Shown: positions 50,063 to 61,028, numbered from the stretch's first letter. The stretch is 64,000 nucleotides of DNA from Spirochaetota bacterium (GCA_963664815.2 CAXXHB010000003.1:1376001-1440000), one strand, 5' to 3'. A program made the numbers and translations. Notes: generated by a model from the letters alone, not told the origin.

Positions 50063-51034
50063 ATGAAAAGGTACATTGAAATTCTCGCCGAAATCATTAA
50101 GAATAAGAGTATTGTTCCAAAATTAGTGAGCATTCTTCTTGCCGTCATTCTGTGGGCTTACATTACAAGTGCAAAGAGCGGTGATGTACGTTTTAAGCTT
50201 CCTGTAACCTATACAGGTCTTGATGAAAAATATATTGTTTCAAAAGTTTCACATAAATTCGTAATGGTTGAAGTCAGCGGGAATAAGGATGATTTGAAAA
50301 ATATTTCATCAAAGAATATCAAACTTCTGGTTGATCTTTCCAAATCCATACCGGGAGAGTCTAAACCATTTGCCATACAGTATCAGAAGATTGATTTTAC
50401 TGATGATTTAAAAATCGGATTATATCCCGAAGAGGTGAAAGTATTCATCGAGAAAAAAATAGAAAGAAATGTGAAGATAATCCCCAGGTATACCGGTTTT
50501 CCGGAGAAAGGATTTATGACCGGGAATTTAAAAGTTAATCCGGAATATGTACGGATTGCCGGGCCGGGATCAGTAATAAATAATATCGGTGCAGTGTATA
50601 CTGAAAATATTGCTGTTGACAGTAAAAATGCCATGTTCCGGCAGGATGTTAAACTTGTTTCTATCAGTAATGACCAGCTTCAGTACAGTGTTTCAAAGGT
50701 AAATGTTACAGTACCGGTTTTTAATGTTTCAGAGGTAACATCCTATGAAATTCCTGTTGCAGTTAAAAACAAAAAGAGGGGATTAAATTATATTTTTAAT
50801 CTTAACAGGGTTAAGGTGAATGTGGTTGTTTCCGGAAACAAGAATATAGGAGAACATTCATTTTCTGCTTATATCGATGTTGATGATATAGACGGAGGTG
50901 AGGATGATTTTGCAAGGAAGAACAGGATTGAAGTAATGCGGTATGTGTATGTCAGCGGAGATACATCTGAAAGTGAAAATGCTATACTATCATCAACTCC
51001 GGAAGTTGTGGAAATAGTTGTAACAAAGGAATAA
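50063..51034 (+). CDS. cdaR: CdaR/YbbR family regulator
   Basis: KLVSILLAVILW anchor; P..V.IAGP YbbR motif; follows cdaA. Confidence 0.85.
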   Translation: MKRYIEILAEIIKNKSIVPKLVSILLAVILWAYITSAKSGDVRFKLPVTYTGLDEKYIVSKVSHKFVMVEVSGNKDDLKNISSKNIKLLVDLSKSIPGESKPFAIQYQKIDFTDDLKIGLYPEEVKVFIEKKIERNVKIIPRYTGFPEKGFMTGNLKVNPEYVRIAGPGSVINNIGAVYTENIAVDSKNAMFRQDVKLVSISNDQLQYSVSKVNVTVPVFNVSEVTSYEIPVAVKNKKRGLNYIFNLNRVKVNVVVSGNKNIGEHSFSAYIDVDDIDGGEDDFARKNRIEVMRYVYVSGDTSESENAILSSTPEVVEIVVTKE

Positions 51035-51099
51035 TCAGGTATCTTATCCATAAAAGGGATAAAAAAAGGGATAAATGGTTTTATTTAACGGAGAAGATA

Positions 51100-51306
51100 A
51101 TGATAGGCAGGATTTTTAGTTTAATTTTTTTTATTTTCATCGGGTTTGTAATATTGAAATTTTTGAAACTGATATTCCAGATTGGTAAAACTACAGGCGA
51201 GTTTAACCGGAGAGTGGATGAGATGGACCGTTCAAAGAAAAGTGCCGGACGGGACAAAAAAGGTGCGGTTATTGAACTTGATAAGAATCAATACAAAGTT
51301 GAGTGA
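51100..51306 (+). CDS. small membrane protein
   Basis: One TM segment; C-terminal VIELDKNQYKVE; RBS GGAG. Confidence 0.6.
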   Translation: MIGRIFSLIFFIFIGFVILKFLKLIFQIGKTTGEFNRRVDEMDRSKKSAGRDKKGAVIELDKNQYKVE

Positions 51307-51312
51307 ATATAA

Positions 51313-51720
51313 ATGAAAAAATGCATACCTGTATTTTTTCTTCTTTTAATTTTATTATCCTGCGGAAAACTGAAAGGGGAGTTTGCATTCAAAACTCCTG
51401 AAGACAAAGGTTATAAGATTAATCAGAGCAGGTTTGAATTTGATGCTTCCAAAGAGATTGACTGGATTTTCAGGTTTGATTCCGAGACACGTCATAGAAT
51501 AAATCTGGGAGTAATAATTTTAAAGAAAGAGCTCGGGTGGATAGATATATTAACCACTTCAGATTATATAGATCCCCTGAAAAACATTTTGTATGGTAAG
51601 CTGAAAGATATGGAACCAGGTGAATACAAAATAGTAATTGTGGAACCTACTCCCGAAGGGAATAAAATTATTGATGAAATTGAAATATATCTATATTCAG
51701 ACGAAGAAGAACTGGATTAA
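51313..51720 (+). CDS. hypothetical lipoprotein
   Basis: LLSC lipobox. Confidence 0.65.
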   Translation: MKKCIPVFFLLLILLSCGKLKGEFAFKTPEDKGYKINQSRFEFDASKEIDWIFRFDSETRHRINLGVIILKKELGWIDILTTSDYIDPLKNILYGKLKDMEPGEYKIVIVEPTPEGNKIIDEIEIYLYSDEEELD

Positions 51721-51722
51721 CT

Positions 51723-52010
51723 TCATTTAGAAAGTCTGTTTACAGAATCTATAACATCATCTATTTTATCTTTTTTCTTATGCATGTCAATTAATTCTTT
51801 TTCACAGCTGTTAATATATTTCCGCAGGGTTTCATCAACATTTTCCCCTTTGTAATGAATATAACCCAGGTACAATACAAGCGAAATAATTATTATGATT
51901 ATTATTTTTAAAATACGTTTGAGTATCAAATAGATAATAAGTGAGATCAGCAGAATCAGTATAGTAAGAAGAATTTTATTCGATAATAAAGAGTTTATAA
52001 ACGGTTCCAT
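51723..52010 (-). CDS. hypothetical membrane protein
   Basis: Two TM segments. Confidence 0.55.
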   Translation of the reverse strand: MEPFINSLLSNKILLTILILLISLIIYLILKRILKIIIIIIISLVLYLGYIHYKGENVDETLRKYINSCEKELIDMHKKKDKIDDVIDSVNRLSK

Positions 52011-52193
52011 ATTACAGTTCCAATTTCCCGGTATCTTTAAGCTAATTTTTCATTAATATAAATTAATTATAAATCTGATTATTTCTTGCAATGATTATTT
52101 TATTATTAAATACTGCCTATTATTAAAAAGTTCCGGAGTTTATAAACACCGGAACTTTTAAGATACTGTTAATCTGGTAATAATCCGGAGGAA

Positions 52194-53207
52194 TTGATGG
52201 AATTTAAAAAGGTGCTTAAGAAGGCAACTTTCCTTGATCCGTTAAATGGATTTGACCATGGAGGCCGCGAGTGTGAAATCAGGACAGATCCTCTTACGGG
52301 AAGGAATTCGAGAATACTTTTTTTCCCGGTGAGAGTTCTTCCTGAACCTGATCCGGAGTTGATCAGGAAAAAAGATTCAGGTTTTTGTCCTTTCTGTACA
52401 GAAAACATTGATAAAATTACTCCTAAATTCAGTCCGGAATTATTCAGCAGGGACAGATTCAGAGTCGGTGAGGCTGTATGTTTTCCAAATGCGTTCCCAT
52501 ATGATGAAAACGGCGCTGTGACAGTAATGACCGAAAAGCATATGGTGATGATCGATGAGTTCACCTGCGAAATTATACAGAATGCAGTTTCCTGCTGTGT
52601 TGAGTTTCTTGTCGATGTAAAAGAAAAACAGCCTGAGGCGGTATATCAGTCCATTAACTGGAATTACCTTCCGACTGCCGGCAGTTCAATTGTCCATCCT
52701 CATCTTCAGATTACGGCTTCATCCATTCCGACCAATTATTATTCTGATGTCCTGAAAACAATGGAAGTGTCCGTGGAGAATGTTTTTAAAGATCTTGTTC
52801 TCTCTGAGATTGCTGAAGATGAAAGGTTTATTTCAAAGGGTGAGTATTATTCATGGATGATAGCCTTCGCTCCGGAGGGTATCTTTGATTTAATGGCAGT
52901 GTCTCACGAATATTTTGAGCCGTATCAGCTTAGGGATGGGAGGCTTGAAGAGCTTGTAAAAGGGATCATTAAAACAATCAATTTTATAAAATCCAATCAT
53001 ATAATCAGTTATAATATGTCTTTTTTCTTTATACCGGGTAATAATGAATTTATACCTCATATGCGAATATGTCCAAGAACCAATGTTCCCCCTCTGGATA
53101 CAAGTGAAATAAATTACATGAAGATGCTTCACAATGAACCTATGTCTACAATGAAACCTGAACATGTTGCAGCTGAAATAAAAAAAATCTGGAACGCTTG
53201 TCAGTAG
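52194..53207 (+). CDS. GalT-like (HIT superfamily) nucleotidyltransferase
   Basis: RTDPLTG, CPFC, FPNAFP and AGSSIVHPHLQ motifs. Confidence 0.85.
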   Translation: MMEFKKVLKKATFLDPLNGFDHGGRECEIRTDPLTGRNSRILFFPVRVLPEPDPELIRKKDSGFCPFCTENIDKITPKFSPELFSRDRFRVGEAVCFPNAFPYDENGAVTVMTEKHMVMIDEFTCEIIQNAVSCCVEFLVDVKEKQPEAVYQSINWNYLPTAGSSIVHPHLQITASSIPTNYYSDVLKTMEVSVENVFKDLVLSEIAEDERFISKGEYYSWMIAFAPEGIFDLMAVSHEYFEPYQLRDGRLEELVKGIIKTINFIKSNHIISYNMSFFFIPGNNEFIPHMRICPRTNVPPLDTSEINYMKMLHNEPMSTMKPEHVAAEIKKIWNACQ

Positions 53208-53237
53208 TAACGCCCTGATTATTACCGGTATAAAAAA

Positions 53238-53267
53238 TATCCCCATGCCGTCATCGGCGTGGGGATA
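53238..53267. terminator. stem-loop between convergent genes
   Basis: TATCCCCATGCCG-TCAT-CGGCGTGGGGATA. Confidence 0.7.
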
Positions 53268-53320
53268 CAGAATTTCTTTATTAAACGTGTATATTAAGGC
53301 ATTGTTACTTACATATTTTG

Positions 53321-53953
53321 TTATTTGGCGGAAACCCTGATGTTTTCCAGATTTATTTTATAGCCTCCGGAAACAGTTACATATCCGCGGTATTTGTCTG
53401 ACATATCTGTTATTTTTGCCATAAACCAGTTTTGTGTTATTGCCGCAGATTTATCTTCGGGTGCAAAGTAAACTCCATCATCGCCAGCTCTTTCAAAAGC
53501 AATAATGAGAAGTCCGATTTTCAGTTCTTTTTCAGCAGCTATCCGCGTCTTCCAGAAATTTTTAGTCCAGATGTTCTCTCCATTATCGATGGTCATGAAT
53601 TCCCCTTCATTTTTTGTTTTTGCTGAAGGTGGAGTAACAATTTTCGCGGCTTTGACATATATCCATCCTGAACCTTTAAAAGGTTCCTTTGATACAAAGA
53701 CCACATCGCTGGTGATGAAATGATTATCTCCAGTCGCGGAGCCGCTGTTTTTACTTTTGTTTTTTGAATTTTTACTGTTGTCTGAAATTCCGTTGGTTGA
53801 ATTATTGCTGCTGGAATCTGATGAGCTCAGGGCTTTGTCTTTTAAAGTGTTTACTACGTTTCCCTCTATAAGGCTTTTTGTGTCCATACTGCATGAAACA
53901 AATGCAACACAGGTTATCATCAGGATTGATGTTTTTATCATTTTCCCAATCAT
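53321..53953 (-). CDS. hypothetical lipoprotein
   Basis: FVSC lipobox; Ser/Asn-rich linker. Confidence 0.65.
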   Translation of the reverse strand: MIGKMIKTSILMITCVAFVSCSMDTKSLIEGNVVNTLKDKALSSSDSSSNNSTNGISDNSKNSKNKSKNSGSATGDNHFITSDVVFVSKEPFKGSGWIYVKAAKIVTPPSAKTKNEGEFMTIDNGENIWTKNFWKTRIAAEKELKIGLLIIAFERAGDDGVYFAPEDKSAAITQNWFMAKITDMSDKYRGYVTVSGGYKINLENIRVSAK

Positions 53954-54256
53954 TAAAATCCTCCATTTAATTAATTGTCTGATTTAGATATTTTTATGTG
54001 GGGTATATAAGAAAGGCAACACTATTTTTAAATAATTGGGTCAAAATTAAAATGATTTGTTTTTTATGAATAAAAGGTAAATATATCGACAATAATTTAT
54101 TAATATATATTTTTTATCGACATCGACTCTTTGTCTGGTATTTTCAATTACAATGAGTTAAGTAATAAATATTAATTTGATGTATGAGTAATAAGTGTAT
54201 ATGCTACCTGTTATTTGAATTAAATGAGCAGTGTGATTTATTCAGGAACTGAAATT

Positions 54257-54284
54257 AAAAAAGGGTAACTAAAAGTTACCCTTA
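54257..54284 (-). terminator. terminator downstream of tRNA pair
   Basis: AAGGGTAACT...AGTTACCCTT with a T-run on the minus strand. Confidence 0.75.
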
Positions 54285-54288
54285 AAAT

Positions 54289-54362
54289 TAGCGGGGGAGG
54301 GACTCGAACCCCCCACACCACGGATATGAGCCGTGTGCTCTAACCAACTGAGCTACCCCGCC
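54289..54362 (-). tRNA. tRNA-Met(CAT), elongator (Ile2 not excluded)
   Basis: GGCGGGGTAGCTCAGTTGGTTAGAGCACACGG-CTCATAT-CCGTG...GTTCGAGTCCC; CCA not encoded. Confidence 0.9.
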
Positions 54363-54374
54363 GGTTTTTTTTAT

Positions 54375-54447
54375 TAGCGCGGGTAGGACTTGAACCTACG
54401 ACCTTTGGGTTATGAGCCCAACGAGCTGCCAACTGCTCCACCGCGCG
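54375..54447 (-). tRNA. initiator tRNA-fMet(CAT)
   Basis: Unpaired C1:U72, three consecutive G-C pairs in the anticodon stem (GGG-CTCATAA-CCC); CCA not encoded. Confidence 0.93.
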
Positions 54448-54789
54448 ATCTGTAAGCAACCTAAATAAATGGCAGGTATGTGTCAACATTTTTTAATAAT
54501 TAAAAAATAATTAACAGAATATTTTCTTTTTTACCTTTCAGCTGTTTATTGTGATTAAACCTTTACAGGAGATTATGTTCATCATTTATACTTTAATATA
54601 TGTTCGTGAATTGCTATAGCATTTGACTGGATTGTATTTTAATATAAATATAACCTGATATGTTAAATATAAACGCAATTCAGCAGTTTATGGATACAGG
54701 TAATTATTCACTGTAAATTTATTGAATACACATGAAAACTAATTGACCGCAATGATAAGACAAATAACATTTTGACAGTGTGAAATTAT

Positions 54790-55785
54790 ATGATAAATCC
54801 TTTTAAATATTTCAGAAACAGAAAAGTAGGCCTTGCGCTTGGCAGCGGAGGTGCTAAAGGGTTATCTCATATCGCAGTGATAGAATACCTTGAGAATATG
54901 AATATCCCGATTGATATGATTTCCGGGTCAAGTATTGGCGCAGTAATAGGGGCTGTTTACCTGTGCGGTAACCTTAAAAAGCTTAAGGATGATATGCTGT
55001 CTTTTTCAAAGAAGGAGCTTCTCCGTATAGCCGATATTACTCTTCCGAAATCCGGACTCATCAAGGGTAATAATTTTGTACAGTTTCTGACCAGGTATAT
55101 ACCGGCTGACGCAAAAATCGAAAATCTGCCTAAACCTCTCGGAATTGTAGCAACAGATTATTTTACCGGGGAACCAATAATTTTCAGAAAAGGAAATATA
55201 CTCGAAGCTGTAAGAGCCAGTGTATCCATTCCGGGGGTTTTGGTACCCGCTACATACAAAAACACCTATCTTCTTGATGGTGGAGTGGCAAATCCCCTGC
55301 CTGTTGATGTAGTAAAAAAAATGGGTGCAGGATTGACCATTGCAGTAAATCTTCATCCGGGACTTAAAATTTCCAGAATAAAAAAATATGTAAAGAACAG
55401 TGCCGGAGTAATAGGAATTGACCTGTTCCCGGAAGAAATAAAGTTTGCCGATGATAAACATGGTGTTTCGGTTGATGATGATCAGAAGGGGCGAACAGGC
55501 TGGTTTAAAAATATTGATCAATGGCTTTCACGTGATAAGAGGGAAAAGGAGAAAGATCTTCCGCCAAGTATTTTTGAAGTTCTCTTCCAATCGATTGATA
55601 TTATGGAATTTGTAAATACAAGAAATATACTTAAATATCACACCCCGACTGTTTTAATAGAACCTGATCTGCTGCAGACCGGGACTCTCGATTTTCATGA
55701 TGCAAAAAATATTATGACTACCGGTTTTGCTGCGTCTGCTGATAAAAAATTTGAACTTTTACGAAAGATCAGAATATGGGTATAA
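54790..55785 (+). CDS. patatin-like phospholipase
   Basis: GSGGAKG, GSSIG and DGG motifs. Confidence 0.93.
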   Translation: MINPFKYFRNRKVGLALGSGGAKGLSHIAVIEYLENMNIPIDMISGSSIGAVIGAVYLCGNLKKLKDDMLSFSKKELLRIADITLPKSGLIKGNNFVQFLTRYIPADAKIENLPKPLGIVATDYFTGEPIIFRKGNILEAVRASVSIPGVLVPATYKNTYLLDGGVANPLPVDVVKKMGAGLTIAVNLHPGLKISRIKKYVKNSAGVIGIDLFPEEIKFADDKHGVSVDDDQKGRTGWFKNIDQWLSRDKREKEKDLPPSIFEVLFQSIDIMEFVNTRNILKYHTPTVLIEPDLLQTGTLDFHDAKNIMTTGFAASADKKFELLRKIRIWV

Positions 55786-55806
55786 ATAATTATTACAGGG
55801 AATGAC

Positions 55807-57435
55807 ATGAACAGAATAAAACTTTTTTTAAAAGATAATTATTACCTTGCAACTGCAGTTTTACTGTTTCTCTCTTTCCCGTCTTATGATTTTGCTTTTC
55901 TGAAACTATTTCCTGTGATTGCATGGTTTTCTCTTGTTCCGCTGTTCTGTTATGTTTCAGGTAAACCTCTGAAAGATGTTTTTTTTACCGCTTTTGTTAC
56001 CGGTCTTGCGGGTAATTTTCTGGCATATGGCTGGATAGGTAATTTCGGTGCGAAGGTGCAGGGGGGATTTATTGTAATTATTGTTTTTTTGATTCCGACT
56101 TTAACCGTTTTTTTTACAATCAAGATTATTCTATCAGAGTTCCTGTCTCAAAAATTTCCGGAATATAAGGTATTTATCTATCCGGCTGTCTGGATAATAA
56201 TTGATTATGTTCAGTCAATAGGTTTTCTCGCGTTCCCCTGGACCTATATCGGATACTCTCAGTATCCCTTTACATCGTTTATTCAGATTGCATCGGTAAC
56301 CGGAATACTTGGAGTGAATTTTATAATTATACTTTTTAACAAAGCATTTTCTGAATATATGCTTTCATTTAAGAATGGATTTAAAAGTGTAAAAGATATT
56401 TTGAGCAATTCTTATTCGATCAAATTTGCAGTGGTTCTTCTTCTCGTTATTGCTATAACGATATCCGGATTTTTCAGACTCTCATCGGTCACCAATAAAG
56501 AAAATGGTAAAAAACTGAAGGTTGTGCTTATACAGTCTTGTATATCTCCATGGGAGAACTGGTCGGGCAACAGATTCAGGTATCTTTCGGAGCTGATGCA
56601 CTACACAAGAGAATCACTCGCTACTGATCCGGACTTTATTATCTGGTCGGAATCTGCAACACTTGAACTGATTTCATTCAGGGCCGCCACGGGGGACAGG
56701 GATGGTTTTGATGAACAGCTTTTAAGTTTTATTAAAGATAACGGAAAACCTCTTCTTACCGGAGAAATCGGACTTACCGTCAGGCGTGACCGCGGTTTTT
56801 TTAAATATTCTCCCCAGAATAATGCGGTTCTGATCAGCGGAAATGGTGAAGTTGTACAGACCTATCCTAAAATAAATCTTGTTCCCTTCGGAGAGTGGTT
56901 CCCCTATGAGAAATGGTTTGCACCAGTAAAACGTCTTCTTGAAAGCTTCGGGGCATCTGAATTTGTACCGGGTAAAAAACCTGAGCTGTTTACAGTTGAC
57001 GGTTTAAGATTCGGATCACTTATCTGCTATGAGGGGATTTTTTTCAGGTTGTGCAGGGAATATGGTAATATGGGTGCCGACTTCCTCGTCAACATAACCA
57101 ATGACGGCTGGACTGATACTTACAACGGGCATTACCAGCACTATTCAGCCTCATTGTTCCGTGCTGTTGAAAACGGTATATGGGTGGCAAGGGCCGGTAA
57201 TACAGGGGTTACATCGTTAATTGATCCAAAGGGGAGAGTTACGGCTTCGCTTCCTATTCTTAAAAAAAATTTTCTGTCCGGTGAAATTGATACATCCCGT
57301 AATGTTAAAACATTTTATTCCAGGAACGGTGATCTTATACTGTATGTTTCAATATTATTTATTCTAATTTTCATTGCTATTGTTGTATTCAGGAAGTTTA
57401 ACATATTTTTAAGGGAAAAAAGTGCAAAGAAATAA
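55807..57435 (+). CDS. lnt: apolipoprotein N-acyltransferase
   Basis: FPW, WSESA, KINLVPFGE, ICYE, NDGW and RAVEN motifs. Confidence 0.95.
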   Translation: MNRIKLFLKDNYYLATAVLLFLSFPSYDFAFLKLFPVIAWFSLVPLFCYVSGKPLKDVFFTAFVTGLAGNFLAYGWIGNFGAKVQGGFIVIIVFLIPTLTVFFTIKIILSEFLSQKFPEYKVFIYPAVWIIIDYVQSIGFLAFPWTYIGYSQYPFTSFIQIASVTGILGVNFIIILFNKAFSEYMLSFKNGFKSVKDILSNSYSIKFAVVLLLVIAITISGFFRLSSVTNKENGKKLKVVLIQSCISPWENWSGNRFRYLSELMHYTRESLATDPDFIIWSESATLELISFRAATGDRDGFDEQLLSFIKDNGKPLLTGEIGLTVRRDRGFFKYSPQNNAVLISGNGEVVQTYPKINLVPFGEWFPYEKWFAPVKRLLESFGASEFVPGKKPELFTVDGLRFGSLICYEGIFFRLCREYGNMGADFLVNITNDGWTDTYNGHYQHYSASLFRAVENGIWVARAGNTGVTSLIDPKGRVTASLPILKKNFLSGEIDTSRNVKTFYSRNGDLILYVSILFILIFIAIVVFRKFNIFLREKSAKK

Positions 57436-57818
57436 ATACCGTAATAGTTTAAAAAAGCATCATATTCTGAATGGATAAATAAAAGGCTTTACAAAAAAAA
57501 TCTCCCTTGTAATTTCTGCTGAAGTATTGTCAATCTTTTCGTTGATATAAAAATTTGAATTCCAGTCATGGAAGGAAGAAATTTGTGTATCAAAAAAAGA
57601 ATAAGAGCTGTTTAAGTCATGGTTTTTCTATGAATTTTCACTCTTCTGTTATCCGGAACAATATAACTTAAATAAAACGGATTGTATATTCTCAGAGTTT
57701 TTATATACCCGAACTGCGGTATAGGAGAAATGTCTGCCGGATGAACCGGTTTATTTCTGGTGTAAATAAATGTTTATTCAAACAATATAATGTATGAAAT
57801 AATTCAGGAGGTTCTTAA

Positions 57819-59930
57819 ATGTTGAAGGAGTATAAAACTGGTGAAATCAGAAACGTAGCAATAATCGGACATGGAGGAACAGGAAAATCAACACTGCTTG
57901 ATGCGATGCTTTTTGTAAGCGGGCAGATCGATAAAATGGGTAATGTTGACAATGGTACTCTGGTTTCGGATTTTGATGATGATGAAAAGGAAAAGAAAAT
58001 TTCAATAAAAGCATCTCTCGGTTTCGTGGAATTTGAAGATGTGAAGGTTAATATAATAGATACTCCCGGAACAGCGGATTTTGTCGGAGAGGCGCGCTCT
58101 GCACTTCAGGCGGTTGAAACAGCGATTCTAGTTGTGGATTCTGTTGATGGTGTTCAGATTGAAACCGAGAAAGCATGGAGATATCTTGCCGAAAATAACA
58201 TTCCAAGAATTATTTTTGTAAACAAGATGGATAAAGAGAGAGCCAGTTATGATAAAGTAATTGAAAATATTAAAACGAGTCTTGGCGTAAATGTCGCTTC
58301 TCTCTGCATTCCAAATGGCGAAGGCGAGTCTTTCAAGGGTGTAGTTGATACGATACAGATGAAGCTGTATACACCCAAAGGTGATGGCAGGGATGTAACA
58401 ATCGGTGAAATACCTGCAGACATGAAAGAACTGGTTGAGCTTGAAAGAATGAACCTTATCGAACTTGGCGCAGAAGGATCAGATGAGCTGATCGAAAAAT
58501 TTTTAAGCGGCGAGCAGTTGACTGATGAAGAGATAAGGTTCGGGATCAGGACCCAGCTCTCTGCAGGCAAATTGACACCGGTAATTTGCGGTTCATCCTT
58601 AAAAGTAATAGGGATTAAAAACCTTGTCAGGGTAATAAAAAATTATACACCTCCTCCACAGACCGGAAAAGAATTCAAGGGGCATGACCAGGTTCATTCT
58701 GATAAAGAAATAATTGTAAAAATGGATGATTCGGGAGTATTCAGCGCGGTTGTATGGAAAACGGCAATTGACCAGTATGCAGGAAGGTTCAATTATGTGA
58801 AGGTGATTTCCGGTCAGCTTAACCCTGAAACTGAGGTACTTAATTCGACAAAAAATATCAAAGAGAGAGCCACCAAGCTTTATACGATGATAGGTCATAA
58901 ACAGGTTGATATTCCGAAAATAAATGCCGGAGATATCGGTGTTCTCGTTAAACTTGATAAAACAACAACTCTTGATACTCTTTGTGATCCAAAAACCTCT
59001 GTTGTTCTTCCTATAATAAAACTTCCACAGCCGGTATTCTCTTTTGGTATTGAGGCCGCGAAAAGGGGAGAAGAGGATAAGATAGGCCAGTTCCTTAACA
59101 AAATGGCTGAAGAAAATCCTACAATAAAATATGGATTCGATGCATCGACTTCCGAGTCTGTTCTGTCCGGTATGGGTGAGATGCAGCTTAATATTATTCT
59201 TAAAAACCTGAAAGAAAAACTGAAACTGGATGTTAATACAAAAATACCCCGTGTAGCATATAAAGAGACAATTACTAAAAAAGCTGAAGCCCAGTATAAA
59301 CATAAAAAGCAGTCAGGAGGCCATGGTCAGTACGGCGAGGTTCATATCCGCATTAAACCGCTTGAAAGAGGTAAAGGCTTTGAGTTTGTTGACAGTATCG
59401 TTGGAGGAGTTGTTCCGAAGCAGTATATACCGGCAGTTGAAAAAGGTCTAAGGGAAGGTCTGGAGGAAGGGGTTCTTGCAAAATATCATGTTGAAGATGT
59501 ATGGACTGAACTGTTTTATGGTTCTTATCATGATGTAGATTCTTCAGAAATGGCATTTAAAATCGCTTCAAGAACTGCTTTTAAAATGGCAATGGAACAG
59601 GCCGGGCCGCAGATTCTTGAACCTATAATGAATGTCAAGATTATGGCAGATAAGGAATTTATGGGTGATATAATGAGCGATATAACAAGCAGGAGGGGGC
59701 GTGTTCTCGGAATGGACAGCAACGAAGGTTCAGTTAGCAATATCCAGATAGTTAAAGCTCAGGTTCCCCAGGCTGAGATGCTCAGATACAGCACTGATTT
59801 GAGAGCAATGACAAGCGGGAAAGCAACATTTGAAATGGAATTCTCTCATTATGATCCGATAACCGGCAGAGATGCTGATAAAATTATCGAGGAAAGGAAG
59901 AAATTTCTGGAAGACGAGGCCAATAAATAA
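57819..59930 (+). CDS. fusA: elongation factor G paralogue (EF-G2 type)
   Basis: GHGGTGKS, DTPG, NKMD, KKQSGGHGQY and SYHDVDSSE motifs; not in a str operon. Confidence 0.9.
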   Translation: MLKEYKTGEIRNVAIIGHGGTGKSTLLDAMLFVSGQIDKMGNVDNGTLVSDFDDDEKEKKISIKASLGFVEFEDVKVNIIDTPGTADFVGEARSALQAVETAILVVDSVDGVQIETEKAWRYLAENNIPRIIFVNKMDKERASYDKVIENIKTSLGVNVASLCIPNGEGESFKGVVDTIQMKLYTPKGDGRDVTIGEIPADMKELVELERMNLIELGAEGSDELIEKFLSGEQLTDEEIRFGIRTQLSAGKLTPVICGSSLKVIGIKNLVRVIKNYTPPPQTGKEFKGHDQVHSDKEIIVKMDDSGVFSAVVWKTAIDQYAGRFNYVKVISGQLNPETEVLNSTKNIKERATKLYTMIGHKQVDIPKINAGDIGVLVKLDKTTTLDTLCDPKTSVVLPIIKLPQPVFSFGIEAAKRGEEDKIGQFLNKMAEENPTIKYGFDASTSESVLSGMGEMQLNIILKNLKEKLKLDVNTKIPRVAYKETITKKAEAQYKHKKQSGGHGQYGEVHIRIKPLERGKGFEFVDSIVGGVVPKQYIPAVEKGLREGLEEGVLAKYHVEDVWTELFYGSYHDVDSSEMAFKIASRTAFKMAMEQAGPQILEPIMNVKIMADKEFMGDIMSDITSRRGRVLGMDSNEGSVSNIQIVKAQVPQAEMLRYSTDLRAMTSGKATFEMEFSHYDPITGRDADKIIEERKKFLEDEANK

Positions 59931-60113
59931 AAATAATTATTATTATATAATGATGGTGCTGTGCAGCACCATCATTATATTTGATACATGATTGTTTGTT
60001 TATGTAACATTTTTCTTCAAAATATACACATTAAATAATTACAGAGAGAAAACCTGATACAAAGTAATTTATAATTTGAGATATTCAAATAAACTAAAGT
60101 ATGAAATTTAACT

Positions 60114-61001
60114 GTGACTGATAGATATAAAATAAATTTGTCCCTCCTCCTGGTAATATCTTTTTTTCTTCATGTAGTATTCATGGCCGCGTTTTTTTTA
60201 CCTGATTCATATGGGCTTGCTTCCTCTTATAAAAATAAAAAAAAGAATAATTCGCTCTTTTCCGGCAGAGATATTATTGTAAACATGAACCAGGATGACA
60301 GGCGATCCCCGGATAAACGGACTTTACTTTCTGACAGGGATTCAACATCCCGAGGCTTTATAACCAGTGAGAAGGGGGATAGATGGCTGAACAATTCACT
60401 TGAATTCAGATTAAGAAAAGGAATGAAAAAACAGAGTTCCAGTCAGTCAGGTTCATCAACCGGTGAGAAAACACAATTATCGGATAAAGAATCCGGTGTA
60501 AATTTAACGGTATATAAGCGTGGAAGTTCAGCAAGAAGAGGGAGCGACGGCATGTTCAATGATGTAGCTATTCCGGACAGAAACAACATCACGATGAAAA
60601 ATGCAATTTTCTACAGTAACAGCGGTATTTTTTCATTCAATACTGCAAAGTTTAAAAACTTCAGCTTCTTCAAAAGTATGAAAGACAAAATAGCTTCAAA
60701 CTGGTATCCCCCGCTACTTGCAAATGCTGTAATAGGCGGATATAATCCCTTATCTGGAAGCTATACTCCGGGAAATATGAGAATTATGGCAATACCGGCG
60801 CAGAAGGTTAAACTGTATTTCATTATGAACCGTAATGGTGATATCCAGAAAGTTGATATTGTAGATTCTTACGGAAATAAACCGCTGGATGACTCATGTC
60901 TTGATGCGGTCAGATTATCAAAGAGTTTCGGGAAAGTTCCCGATGATATAAAAGGGGAGTTTATACTTATCCCTTTTATATTCGGGTATTATTCAAATTA
61001 A
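60114..61001 (+). CDS. TonB/TolA C-terminal domain protein
   Basis: N-terminal anchor ISFFLH; KIASNW, SYGNKPLDDSCLDAV and FGKVP motifs. Confidence 0.75.
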   Translation: MTDRYKINLSLLLVISFFLHVVFMAAFFLPDSYGLASSYKNKKKNNSLFSGRDIIVNMNQDDRRSPDKRTLLSDRDSTSRGFITSEKGDRWLNNSLEFRLRKGMKKQSSSQSGSSTGEKTQLSDKESGVNLTVYKRGSSARRGSDGMFNDVAIPDRNNITMKNAIFYSNSGIFSFNTAKFKNFSFFKSMKDKIASNWYPPLLANAVIGGYNPLSGSYTPGNMRIMAIPAQKVKLYFIMNRNGDIQKVDIVDSYGNKPLDDSCLDAVRLSKSFGKVPDDIKGEFILIPFIFGYYSN

Positions 61002-61028
61002 TCTTAAAGTCCTTTGTTTTCTGTTTTG

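Noticed and set aside
54289-54447. tRNA pair as an island integration site
   Set aside because: No duplicated tRNA 3' end or integrase seen nearby
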